Part shown: piece by piece, positions 51,651 through 63,820 of the stretch
Position numbering within the stretch: the stretch's first letter is position 1
Layout of the letters: every line of letters starts with the position of its first letter
Source of the DNA: Octopus sinensis
Taxonomy: Eukaryota
Assembly: GCF_006345805.1 (NCBI RefSeq)
Contig: NC_043020.1
Location: forward strand, 26,164,001 to 26,228,000
Direction of reading: 5' to 3'
DNA length: 64,000 bases
The notes under the pieces: model-generated
Told to the model about the DNA's origin: nothing
The model's input: only the letters and a program-made list of their open reading frames with translations
Databases searched by the model: none
Position numbers and translations under genes: made by a program

Positions 51651-51992
51651 CGCCGTGGTGATCTCATTCTTGCTCACAACATCATAAGCGGACAGTGTAA
51701 CCGTTCTTCACTCCTGCTCCAGAACGTCGGCTGCGGGGTCACTCCGAAAAGCTCTATCCACGATGATTTCATCTCAATTGAAGGAGAGGGGCTTTCTCCG
51801 TCCAGGTTGCGGATCCGTGGAATAAGCTGCCGGACGAGTAGTGAAGATGCCAACGACTGCTCGGTTCAAAGTCTCCCTTGACCACAAATGGCCTGAATTC
51901 TTTTCATGAACACCACCCTGTACATAACTCCATGTCTCCCTACATGGCCTTGCTTTTTGATTTTTGAGCCAAAAAATTAACTTAAGTTAACT
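51651..51992 (+). mobile_element. CR1 LINE 3' end, same family as 19040-19530
   Basis: RRGDLILAHNIISG..GHSEKL..DPWNKLP..FKVSLDHKWPE; tail aaaaaattaacttaagttaac. Confidence 0.85.
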
Positions 51993-52181
51993 ATATATAT
52001 TGTATAAAAGCTCATGGGTAAGGCCAGAACAATGTAAAGTAAATCACAAAAAAACATATGTGAATTAATGTAGACTTACCTTGTATTTTGGGGATATGAC
52101 CCCATTTTCAAGAAATTGACAAATGTTGCTGATGTGCATGGGTTCTCTCTCTCTCTCTCTCTCTCTCTGTATATATATATA

Positions 52182-52352
52182 GGTGCAGGGGTGGCTGTGT
52201 GGTAAGTAGCTTGCTTACCAACCACATGGTTCCGGGTTCAGTCCCACTGCGTGGCATCTTGGGCAAGTGTCTTCTGCTATAACCTCGAGCCGACCAAAGC
52301 ATTGTGAGTGGATTTGGTAGACGGAAACTGAAAGAAGCCTGTCGTATATATG

Positions 52353-52384
<32 letters not shown>

Positions 52385-52700
52385 GGTATGTTTGTCCCCC
52401 TAGCATTGCTTGACAATGCTAGGGGGACATATATATATCTTCACACACATGCATACACACACACATATATATATATAAACCAGCCAAAATTGAAACGATA
52501 ATCTGGAACTCGACTGAGGAAAGAAAACTCCGAGTGACTTGTCCTTGCTCCCTTGTATCGTCTGTCTGAGCAAAAGAGACCAATAGAATAAGTACTGGGC
52601 TTACAAAGAATAAGTTCTGGGGTCGATTTGCTCGACTACAAGGCGGTGCTCCAGCATGGCCGCAGTCAAATGACTGAAACAAGTAAAAGAGTAAAGAGAG
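52182..52700 (+). mobile_element. SINE-A with an internal snap-back hairpin and a foreign insert
   Basis: The SINE body between ~52415 and 52568 is replaced by an inverted copy, microsatellite and a 50.8-kb-family fragment. Confidence 0.8.
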
Positions 52701-52781
52701 TATATATATATATATATAATAATATATATATATGTATATATATATATATTTATACATATATATATATATAGAGAGAGAGAG

Positions 52782-53057
52782 CGGTGTTTCCCAAACTTTT
52801 TCAGGCTGCTGCCCCCCATGACATCCAGGCCACATTCCTAATGCTCCCACCCCAACTAACCATCACAAACATAGACCTCTTTTCGAAGCAAATTCAAAGC
52901 AACTGTATTTATCAAATAAAACTTAACCTAATGAATCCATTATTTTGTTGTTTTTACATGAATATCTGCCTCATTATTGCCCCACTTTTTTTCAATGCGC
53001 CATTGGAACTTTCCATTGCCCCAAAGGGGGCAATACTGCCCATTTTGGGAACTACTG
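52782..53057. mobile_element. hAT-like MITE
   Basis: cggtgtttcccaaacttttt ... ttttgggaactactg, Charlie-like TIRs. Confidence 0.75.
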
Positions 53058-53898
53058 ATATAGTGTATTAGAACACCTACATTGCTAGAAACAAGAGCTA
53101 AAAGGCTGTAAGCAACAATTAGAAGGACAGGCAAAAAAGAAAGACAGGTGATTCTTGGTTTTCTTTCATCAGTCAAGTTCTAGAAGTCACAACTATTTTG
53201 GACAGTTACACTTGAGATGGTTCAATCTGGTTGTTCCCCCCAAAAAGTCTAAGAGCATTGGACCCCTCTATAAGAAAGCTAGTGAATGTGTACGGCAACA
53301 ATAGTTACATGACTATGCTGCGTTATGTAAAGGAGAATGAGAATAGCAGGAAATAGGGAAGAGAAATAATGATGGCGTGATGAGATGTCAGAACATGCCT
53401 TTAGGGTACAAGCAGAGGAATAGAAAAGAGTGTAAGGATAGGTTATCGGAAAGGGTGGATAAGGTGTGTTTGCAAGAGCATGTGGGGAGAGTGAGGGATG
53501 GTAAGGGGTGTAGAGTAAGGGTGAATGTAGTTAAAAAAAAAGGAGCAGTATCAGAGATCAGGTTTCTTGCTGTAGGATGGTGGTAACTGGGAGCTGGAAA
53601 GAGAAATAATGATAGGAGTGGTAAGGTGTCAGAGCATGCCCTTAAGATTCAAGAAGGTGAATAGGAAAGAGCGTAAGGGTAGGCTACTGTAAAGAGTGGA
53701 TGGATCGTTTTGCAAGAGTGTGTATTGGGAGTATGAGAGATGGGTACAGATGGGGTTAGTGTTAGAAGATCTCAAAGGGTTGGAGGTAGTATATATAAGA
53801 GTGTATGGCTATAGCTGATAATGGTAGTAAAGGCTGTAGTAGTGATATTGCAGAAGAGTGTCACATTAACAGTTAGAAGCAGCTGTTTCCGGAGAGTT

Positions 53899-54323
53899 AC
53901 TCTCTTTTTACCCTTACTCTTTTACTTGTTTCAGTCATTTGACTATGGCCATGCTGGAGCACTGCCTTTAGTTGAGTAAATTGACCCCAGGACTTATTTT
54001 TTGTAAGCCTAGTACTTATTCTATCGGTCCCTTTTGCCGAACCGCTAAGTTATGGGGACGTAAATACACCAGCATCGGTTGTCAAGTGAAGTTAAGAGCG
54101 GGGGGGACACAAACGCATACACACACATACATAATATATATGTATATATAAATATATATACATATATACAATGGGCTTCTTTCAGTTTCTGTCTACCAGA
54201 TCCACTCACAAGGCTTTGGTCGTCCCGAGGCTATAATAGAAGACACTTGCACAAGGTACCACGCAGTGGGACTGAACCTGGAACCATGTGTTTTGTAAGC
54301 AAGCTACTTACCACACAGCCACT
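53899..54323 (-). mobile_element. SINE-A
   Basis: Full head-to-tail match. Confidence 0.88.
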
Positions 54324-55089
54324 GTGAAGATATTTTGTGGAATTGTGTGTGTATGTGTAGCGATGATAGTGTTGGTGTTTATAGTGGTGCTGCTTATGAT
54401 GGTGGTGATGATGATAGTAAAAGCTGGTTAGAGATGGAGTTGGCAGTGAATGTAATTAAAAAAGGATCAGGTTTCTAGTTGCAAAATAAATACACGGTTA
54501 CCTTGCATTATTTAAGGGTGGGTGGTAGAATAACTGGGATGGAACTGTAAAGAGACATTAATATGACTGCAATGAGGTGTCAGAGCATGCCCACAAATTA
54601 CAAATTGATTGATAAAAAAGAGCGGAGGGCAGGACATTGGAAAGGGTGAGTGAATAGTGTATGCATGAATATGTGTGGAGAGTGGGAGCCGGTTGGAGAC
54701 TGGGGTGAGGATGGATGTAATGAATGTAAACTAGGAATGTCGGCGTCTTTCTCTGATGTGGATGGAATTCCATAAAGTGAAATATATTTTCTGATGATTT
54801 ATGGGTTATTATGGAAGTCAGCGAACACGGAAAGGAGCTGAATGGAAAATATGTTCCATGCTACATAATTTCGTCATAATGTAAAGTTTTTCGGGAATGC
54901 AATGCTTATATATTATGGGAGATACCTTATATTTATATCTGTGTGTATACATATGTGAATGTGTATGTATATAACTGTGTGTGACTGTGTATGTGCATAT
55001 AAATATGTATGTGTGTGTATGTGCATATAAATGTGTATATGTGGGTGGGTGTATATATGTGTATATGTGGGTGGGTGTATATATATGCA

Positions 55090-55138
<49 letters not shown>

Positions 55139-55904
55139 GATATTTAGTATATATGGTTTAAAATTATGTGTCTGTTAGCCACCTGACATTTTGTTTGTGT
55201 GTATGTATGTATGTCTATCTACCTATCTGTCTGATCAGCTCTCTATCTCTCTCTTTCTATCTATCTATCTTTCCATCTATCCATCAATCTCTCTTCTCTC
55301 TCTCCTCTCCCTCTATCTGTCTGTCTGTCTGTCTACAGACACACTCATACATGCATGCGAACACATTATGCTGATTTATACATACACAATTGTGCATACA
55401 TATATGTACGTGTATAGATACACACTCTATATACACATGCATACAAATACACATGCATGTATGTGTATATATATGTATGTACATATGCACATTACATTCT
55501 ATCTTCTATGTATGTATGTGTGTATGAAATGTATGTGTATATATATGTATGTACATATGCACATTACATTCTATCTTCTATGTATGTATGTGTGTATGAA
55601 TGTATGTGTGTGTATGTATCCAGGGTAGACTAAAAAAAAGTACAAACCAAAGAAATTGTAAAATGCCAAAATGCCAGAAAAGACATTTTTAAAAAAAAAG
55701 TTAAAAACCAGAAAAATAAAAGAACAAAAACAATCAATTCAAATCGAAATAAAATCAAATGAAATTGAAAAAAAATTAAAAACAGGGAAAAAAAAATAAA
55801 AACAAGCAAAATAGATTCAGTTTATTGGGTACAGTTTCTTTGTTATTGATGGGTGGTGGTCGTGGCAATAGTAGTGTTGGTTGAGGTGGTAATGATGGGA
55901 GGAT

Positions 55905-57175
55905 AAATGTATTGGTGGTGGCGGTGGTAGTTGTGGTGGTGGTGGTAGCAGTGGTAGTTGTGGTGGTGGTGGTGGTGGTGGTGGCAGTAACAGTAATGGT
56001 AGTAGAAGCAATGGTGATTGTGGTGGTGGTGAGTATGGTAATGATTATGGTGATTATAGTGGTGGTGGTGGTGGTGGTTATGGTGATGGCAGTAGTTATG
56101 GTGGTAGTGGTTGTGGTAGTTGTGACGGTGATAGTGGTGTTGGTGGCAGTAACAGTTATGGTAGTAGCGGCAATGGTGACTGGAGCGGTGATGGAGATTG
56201 TAGCTGGGTGGTGGTGGTAATTATACTGATGATAGTGGTGGAAGTTGTGGTGGTGGTGGTGATAGTAGTAGCAATAATGGTAGTAGTAGTAGTAGTGGTG
56301 GTGGTAGTGATGGTGATGATTGTCATTGTGGTAGTCGTAGTGGTGGTGGTATTATTAGCAGTGCTTTTGATGACAGCAGCAGTGAAGGTGGTAGTAGCAG
56401 AATTAGTAGAACTAGTAACTGTAGTATGAGTAGTAGTAAGAGTAGTAGAAATTATTGTGGTGGATGATGGTGGTGGTGTGGTAGAAGTTGTACTGAAGGT
56501 AGTAGCACTAATGATAACAATAACAGGAGTAGTAGTAGTAACAGTAATGGTTACAGTAGTAGTAGTAATTGTAGTGGTGGTAGTTCTGGTGGTTGTAATT
56601 TTAGTGACAAAGATAGTAATGGTTGTAGTGGTGGTGATGGTGGTGGTTGTAGTAGTAGAACTGATGGTAGTAGTAGTAGTAGTTATAATAATGGTGGTGG
56701 TGGTAGTAATTTTGGTAGGGATGGTGATTGTTTGGGAGGTAGTGGTGTTGGTAGTGGTGGTGGTGGTAGTAGTGATAATGGTAGAGCTGGTTGTGGTGGT
56801 AGTAGTTATAATGGTGGTGGTGGTAGTAATTTTGGTAGGGATGGTGATTGTTTGGGAGGTAGTGGTGTTGGTAGTGGTGGTGGTGGTAGTAGTGATAATG
56901 GTAGAGCTGGTTGTGGTGGTAGTAGTTATAATGGTGGTAGTAATTTTGGTAGGGATGTTGATTGTTCGGGAAGTAGTTGTGGTAGTGGTAGTAGTGATAA
57001 TGATAGTGATGGTAGTGGCTGTGGTAGTAATTTCAGTAGGGGTGTTAAATTTTCAGGAGGTAGTGGTGGTGGTTGTGGTAGCAGTTATAATGGTAGTGGT
57101 GGTGGTGGTAGTAGAGGTAGTGGTGATGGTTATGGTGGTAGCAGTAGTGGTGGTGGTGGTGGTGGTGGCTGTGTT
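55905..57175. repeat. Cryptic (GGT/AGT)n field containing an exact 120-bp tandem duplication (56701/56821)
   Basis: The 60-nt lines starting at 56701 and 56821 are identical. Confidence 0.9.
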
Positions 57176-57558
57176 GGTAAAGACATGATTACTGTGTGAA
57201 TAGGTGCTACATTGTTCTGTTAACTAAGAGGATGTGATTTCAAATTTGCTGCCGGGCATGTGCAGAACATTTTATTGCACATGACCTAAATGTTGTCATT
57301 CTTTTTAGCCCTGGGTCATCTCTAACCCAGAATATCTATGATCAAAGACATTCTGTTCGTGACCATCTCATCATTTTCCTTCATTTTTTTCCATATATAT
57401 ACATACATCATCATCATCATCATCATCGTCGTTTAACGTCCGTTCTCCATGCTAGCATGGGTTGGACGGTTCGACCGGGGTTCTGGGAAGCCAGAAGGCT
57501 GCACCAGGCTCCAGTCTAATCTGGCAATGTTTCTACAGCTGGATGCCCTTCCTAACGC

Positions 57559-57629
<71 letters not shown>

Positions 57630-57691
57630 GTTTGTAGAAAATGTAAATCCAGAGAAGAGAGACACTCTGAGATGTAGAGTAGTGTACATTT

Positions 57692-57991
57692 TAATGGGGT
57701 AGGCTGGTTATGAGAATACCCTGGGTTTCCTGTCCATAAGGCATTTGGCTTTATGGCATATCGTCATCCCCCAAAACCTGTTGACCTAAGACCGCTTCAA
57801 AATATGGAGGGAGAAAAGCATCGCTATGAAGGCAAATAATAGGGGATTACCTTTGTAGTGAGGCTTTTTCCTCTCCATATTTCGAAGAGGCCTTAGGCCA
57901 ACAAGTTTTGGGGTCTGACAATACACCATAAACCCAAAGCCTTTATGGATGGGAAACCCAGGGTAATCCCATAAACCAGCCTATTCCATTA
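57692..57991. mobile_element. Old ~300-bp fold-back MITE with ~140-bp imperfect arms
   Basis: taatggggtaggctggttatgagaataccctgggtttcc... mirrored by ...ggaaacccagggtaatcccataaaccagcctattccatta. Confidence 0.7.
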
Positions 57992-57997
57992 TATATA

Positions 57998-58037
<40 letters not shown>

Positions 58038-58293
58038 ATCAAAATAAGCAACAAGTATTTCTTAGGTAATGTGGTACAATCGTTTCAGGCTACTTCATTT
58101 TATTAAACATTGTAAGTATTACATCAGTTTTAAAATGTTGAGCAATCTTCAGCCGTTTATAGAAATCTTTCATCAAACGGGCAATACATATTCTCCCCAT
58201 AATCACCCCATGGATTTATATGGATAATACCATACAAAATTCTGGTGCCTCTGACTTAAGTACCATATTAATCTGAATCTAAATTTTGCTGAA

Positions 58294-58334
<41 letters not shown>

Positions 58335-58815
58335 TATATAAATAAGAAAATGGAGGAACAGATTCATTTCAATCATCGACTTACAGATATTACCAATTCA
58401 TATTATTTATTAACTACATAAATAGGAATATCTAAATCCAACAAAATAAAACAATATACATCAATAAGTAAGATAATACCATAAAAATAATACACATAAA
58501 ATGGATCTTACAGCTGTTTCAGCCTGTAGATAAGGGTATCTCATTCTGCCTATATTAGTCATATTTATGGTTCAGGCATGGCTGTGTGGTTAAGAAGCAT
58601 GCTTTGCAACCCTGTGGTTTCAGATTCAGTCCCACTGTGCAGCTCTTTGCGAGTGAATTTGGTAGAGAGAAACTGTGAGGACAACTGTTGTGTATGTATG
58701 TGATTGTTCAGTTTCATTTCAAGATTTCTTGCCATTAAAGAGCTGTTGTCCCTTTTTTGTATCACCTAACTGTCTGGATGTTTTGCGTTCTTGTCCCATT
58801 TTTGTATTTTATATA

Positions 58816-58863
<48 letters not shown>

Positions 58864-61353
58864 CATTTGTAGAAAACATAAATCTGGAGAAGATGCACAG
58901 TCTAAGAATTGTCCTATCCTGGTAATTCTAGCAAGACAGCCTGAACATTAAAGCATGCTTACATGTTGCAGGAATTGGTTAGTGATGTGATCATGTCAAG
59001 AAATGTTCATTATGGATTATAGATGTTCTCTCATCTCATACCTTCTAGCATGGGAAAATTGACATTTAAAATAATGATCATATATAGCTCTGTGGTTAAG
59101 ATGTTTGCTTCCCACCCATATGATTTTGGTTTCAATCCTACTGTGTGGTATCTTGGGCAAGTGGTCATCTATAATAGACTTGGTGTGTGTGTTGCTGTCT
59201 CCTTGTCATGGTATAACGTGATAGCTGTAAATGAGTGTCACTGTCATAAAAGCAGTGTAATTTATTTCCAATCTTCTGTGTAAATGACCATCTGTAAAAT
59301 AAAAATTATCACCTTACTTAGAAGTCGGTGAGTGTGAGCAACAGGAAGGGCGTCCGGCTATAGAAAATCTGCCTCAACAAAATTTCATCTGACCCATGCT
59401 AGTATGGAAAAAGTGGACATCAAAATTATGACGAAGGGTCCTTTTTTGTGTCACCAGCACTAGTGAGATTGCCAGGTAACTCGGTGGTGGTGGGGGGGGG
59501 GGGAGTCTTGTCTTATGGGCTCCTTGGCACCATCATTAGTGGCAGTGGCACAAAAAACAAAAAAAGATGCACCCAGTACACTCTGGAAAGTGGCTGGCAT
59601 TAGGATGTGCATGCAACAATAGAGACTGTATCAAAGCAGACCCTAAAGCTTAACAGAGTTCTCTGACCCATTGGATCCTGTCAACTCATCCGACCCATGC
59701 CAGTTTGAAATATAGAAGCTAAATGCTGCTGCTGCTGATGATGATATATAAATATATATATCTCTTCTATTTTGCTTGCTTCAGTTATTTGAGTGTGGCC
59801 ACACTGGGGCATGGCCTTGGAGGGTTTTAATCAAGAATAAGTCTCAGGGTCAAAGTGGTCTCACAGCTTGGCCACAGTCAAATATATATATATATATATA
59901 TATATCATGTGGTTGTGTGGTAAGAAGCTTGCTTCTCAACCACATTGTTCTGGGTTCAGTCCCACTGCATGGCACCTTGGGCAAGTGTCTTCTACAATAG
60001 CCACAGGCTGACCAAAGCCTTGTAAGTGGATTTGGTAGGTGGAAACTAAAAGAAGCCTGTTGTTATATATATATATATACATTACATATACACATGGAAA
60101 AAGAAAAATTGCGTTATGATAGTCATGTTGTCTGAGTATTAAACACACTATTTTTCAGTTTTTTTGCTTTTTTTATATGTTCTTTTTCTTTTCTTTTATT
60201 TTTCCGGATTTGTTTATAATTAAAAATATCCAAAATATCATTCCTTGAAAAAAAATTTTATTTAAAAAAAAATTTTTTTTCACAGAAAATTGAAATTTCT
60301 ATCTTTTCTTTAAATTGGCAGAATTTTTTTTCTATTTTTTCTTTAATTCTTTATTTTTGTTTTACTCTTAGGTTTGTTTCCATTTTTCTTTGTTTTTTTT
60401 TTTGTTGTGCTTTATAAATTCTTAGATTTTCTTATATTTCCTCTGAGATTGGCAACATCCAATTGACAACCCTCCCTACCCCACTCCACGTTCCTCCTCT
60501 TCTGCTTCCTCATCCTCTTCAGTCTCCTCGTCATTCCCTAACCTCCTCCTCCTCCTCTGTTGATGTTTCTCCATTTTTTTTCCCAATTCTATCAACACTA
60601 GCTTTGCTCTCATAAAATAGTAGTAGTAGTAGCAGCAGTAGCAGCAGAGTGGTGGTGGTGAAATTAGTGATAATAGTGGTTGGTATTATAGTAGTAGTTG
60701 TAGCAACAATAGTAATGGTGATGAGTATAGGCGATGGTGGGAGTGGTAGTAGTAGTAGCAGCAGTAATGATGGAAGTGGTGGGTGGTGGTGGTAGTAGTA
60801 GTAGTAGCAATGATGAAGATAGTAGTAGCAGTGGTGGTGTTGGTAGTAGTAGTGGTGGTAGTAATAGTAGTAGTAGTAGTAGCAATTATGAATATAGTAG
60901 TAGTAGTGGTGGTAGTAGTAGTAGTAATAATAGTAGTAGCAGTAATGATGAAGATAGTAGTAGTAGTAGGAGTTGTAGTATTGGTAACAGTAGTGCTGGT
61001 TGGTGGTGAAGATAGCACAGTAGAATGGTCATGGTGGTATTGGTGCCACTAGTAGTAGTAGTAGTTGTGATAGATGTAGTAGTAGCAGGAGTAGAAAATG
61101 TTAGTGATGGTGGTGGTGGTATTGATGACGATGATGATGTAAACAGCAGGGGTGGGTTAGAGTGCGGCACAGTGATTAGCAATGTAATTTCAAATTAACG
61201 AAGAACAATTTGTGCATAAATGTAGCAACAGCGACACATACAGATGCACGCAGTCGCATGTGCAAGCGCAGTACTGCATACGCCGAGGCATGCAAGTGCA
61301 TTTGCATTTTCATGCACATTCGCAAACATATTTACAATCATTCACACATATAT

Positions 61354-61392
<39 letters not shown>

Positions 61393-61419
61393 GATGCACA
61401 TACATTCACACATACTTTT

Positions 61420-61511
61420 ACGCGTATGCATTTATGCAAACATGCAAGTCTTGCATGCACACACACACATTTGCACTAACACACACATGTACAAAATGCA
61501 TTCACATATAG

Positions 61512-61570
<59 letters not shown>

Positions 61571-62100
61571 CATGCACATTCACACAGAGACACTTCTACA
61601 CATATGCATTTATGCACACATTCAGTCTTGCATGCACACACACACACACATTTCCACAAACATGCAGTCTTATATACACACACACATGCACACTTGCTCA
61701 AACATGCAATCTTATATACACACACACACACACACATGTACATTCACACAAACATGCAGTCTTATATACACACACACATGCACACTTGCTCAAACATGCA
61801 ATCTTATATACACACACACATGCACACTTGCTCAAACATGCAATCTTATATACACACACATGCACACTTGCTCAAACATGCAATCTTATATATACACACA
61901 CACACACACATGTACATTCACACAAACATGCAGTCTTGTACACACACACATTTGCACAAACACACACGTTCATGCAAACATGCTGTCTTGTACATATGTG
62001 AATACACATGCATGCACACACATGCAAACTTGCAGTCCCATGCACACAGACAGACACACACATGTTTGCGTAAACTTGCAGTCTCATACTCGCACAGTCA
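61420..62100. repeat. Minisatellite: core aaacatgca(g/a)tctt with variable (CA)n spacers, more than 12 units
   Basis: Direct reading. Confidence 0.9.
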
Positions 62101-62583
62101 TCCAGCCCCTCACACATGCACACACTGCCACACACATTCATGCACACACATGCATGGCAACACGGTTACACAAGCACCCAGTCTTTACAGAGTGTACTAG
62201 GTGCTTTTTTTTCATGGCACCATCATTTACAGGATCACCATCACTATGATCATCATCTTCATCATTTAGTGACCGCTTCTCATGCCAGCATGGGTCAGAT
62301 GGTTTGACAGGAGCTGGTCAGCTGCAGGGCTGCCAGGGCTCCATGTCTGTTTTGGTTTGGTTTCTATGGCTGGATGCCCTTCCTAATGCCAACTACTTTA
62401 TGGTATGTACGGGGTACTTGTATGTGGCACCGATTTGGGTGCTCTTTATGTGGCACCAACACCCATGAGACTGCATAAAGGCAAAGAAAAAGGCTCCATG
62501 TCTTTTACCAAAGTGGCTGTAATAGGGAGAGAGGTGGGCATTGCACCAGGTAAGATAAAGGTTGAGTTACCTTCTGGGGTCAT

Positions 62584-62828
62584 ACTGACTCATAAGGGCC
62601 GGTTTCCCAGTTTCCATGGAGTATAAGTTCCCTAAGTTCCCCACCTGGACGGGGACACCAGTCTGTTGCAGGGTCACTTATCTTTGCCAGCTGAGGGGAC
62701 TGGAGCATCGTGAAATGAAGTGTTTTGCTCAAGAGCTCAAGAACACAATGTGTTGCCCAGTCCAGGAATCGAAACCACAATCTTACAATCACGAATCCAA
62801 CATCCTAACCACTAAGCCATGTGCCTCC
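62584..62828 (-). mobile_element. Chimeric SINE: head/body C + tail D
   Basis: Body ttgagcaaaacacttcatttcacgatgctccagtcc (type C) joined to gtccccgtccaggtggg..aaaccggcccttatgag (type D). Confidence 0.78.
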
Positions 62829-63189
62829 ACCTCCAAGATTGAAACAGTAATTATTAACATTTTTTTGTCGCCCTCATTCCCCCTGGTTACCTAAGTTCTT
62901 ATGCCTAGTGTCCACCTAAGTGGTGGGTGAGGTACCACGACTAAACTAATTTAATATGGATGATAATTTATAAATTTTACTGTAAAAATGGATTGCATCA
63001 GCTCTGAGCTGTGAACAGACAAAAAATTAATTAAGACAAATGAAAATTTACTTCATTACACTGCCAATTAATAATTTCCCTCTCCCTGATGAGATCTCAT
63101 TTTATTTTAATAACCATCACTAGTTTTGTCATGTGTAATTTAATTAATACTATTGGTAAAATTTAGTATTTTAATTGTAGTACCTCACT

Positions 63190-63820
63190 AGCAGTAAGCT
63201 GGCAGAAACGTTAGCGCGCCAGGTGAAATGTTTAGCGGTATTTCGTCTGTCTTTACGTTCTGAGTTCAAATTCCACCGAGGTCGACTTTGCCTTTCATCC
63301 TTTCGGGGTCGATAAATTAAGTACCAGTTACGCACTGGGGTCGATATAATCAACTTAATCTGTTTGTCTGTCCTTGTTTGTCCTCTCTGTGTTTAGCCCC
63401 TTGTGGGTAATAAAGAAATAGGTATTTTGTCTGTCTTTACGTTCTGAGTTCAAATTCCATTAAGGTCGACTTTTTCCTTCATCCTTTTGGGGTCGATAAA
63501 TTAAATGCCAGTTGTGTACTGAGGTTGATTTAATCGACTGCCCCCCTCCCCCAAAATTTCAGGCCTTGTGTCTAGAGTAGAAAAGAATATTCAAAGACGG
63601 CAAGCTAACAACAGAAATGTTAGCACGCCAGGTGAAATGCTTAGCAGTATTTCATCTGGCAGTATTTCATTCTGAGTTCAAATTCCACCAAGGTCGACTT
63701 TGTCTTTTATCCTTTCGGGGTCAATAAATTAAATGCCAGTTGTGTACTGGGGTTGATATAATCGACTCGACCCCTCCCCTCAAAATTCCGGGCCTTGTGC
63801 CTAGAGTAGAAAAGAATTAT
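63190..63820 (+). mobile_element. SINE-B dimer (63190-63592) followed by a type-2 monomer
   Basis: Junction taaagaaata|ggtattttgtctgtc at 63421. Confidence 0.88.

Noticed and set aside
52074-52135. Minus-strand AAG|GTAAGT donor with short ORF MHISNICQFLENGVISPKYK
   Set aside because: A few such 8-mers are expected in 64 kb on two strands; there is no partner exon.
63080-63105. CCTGATGAGATCTC
   Set aside because: No downstream GAAA or helix III.
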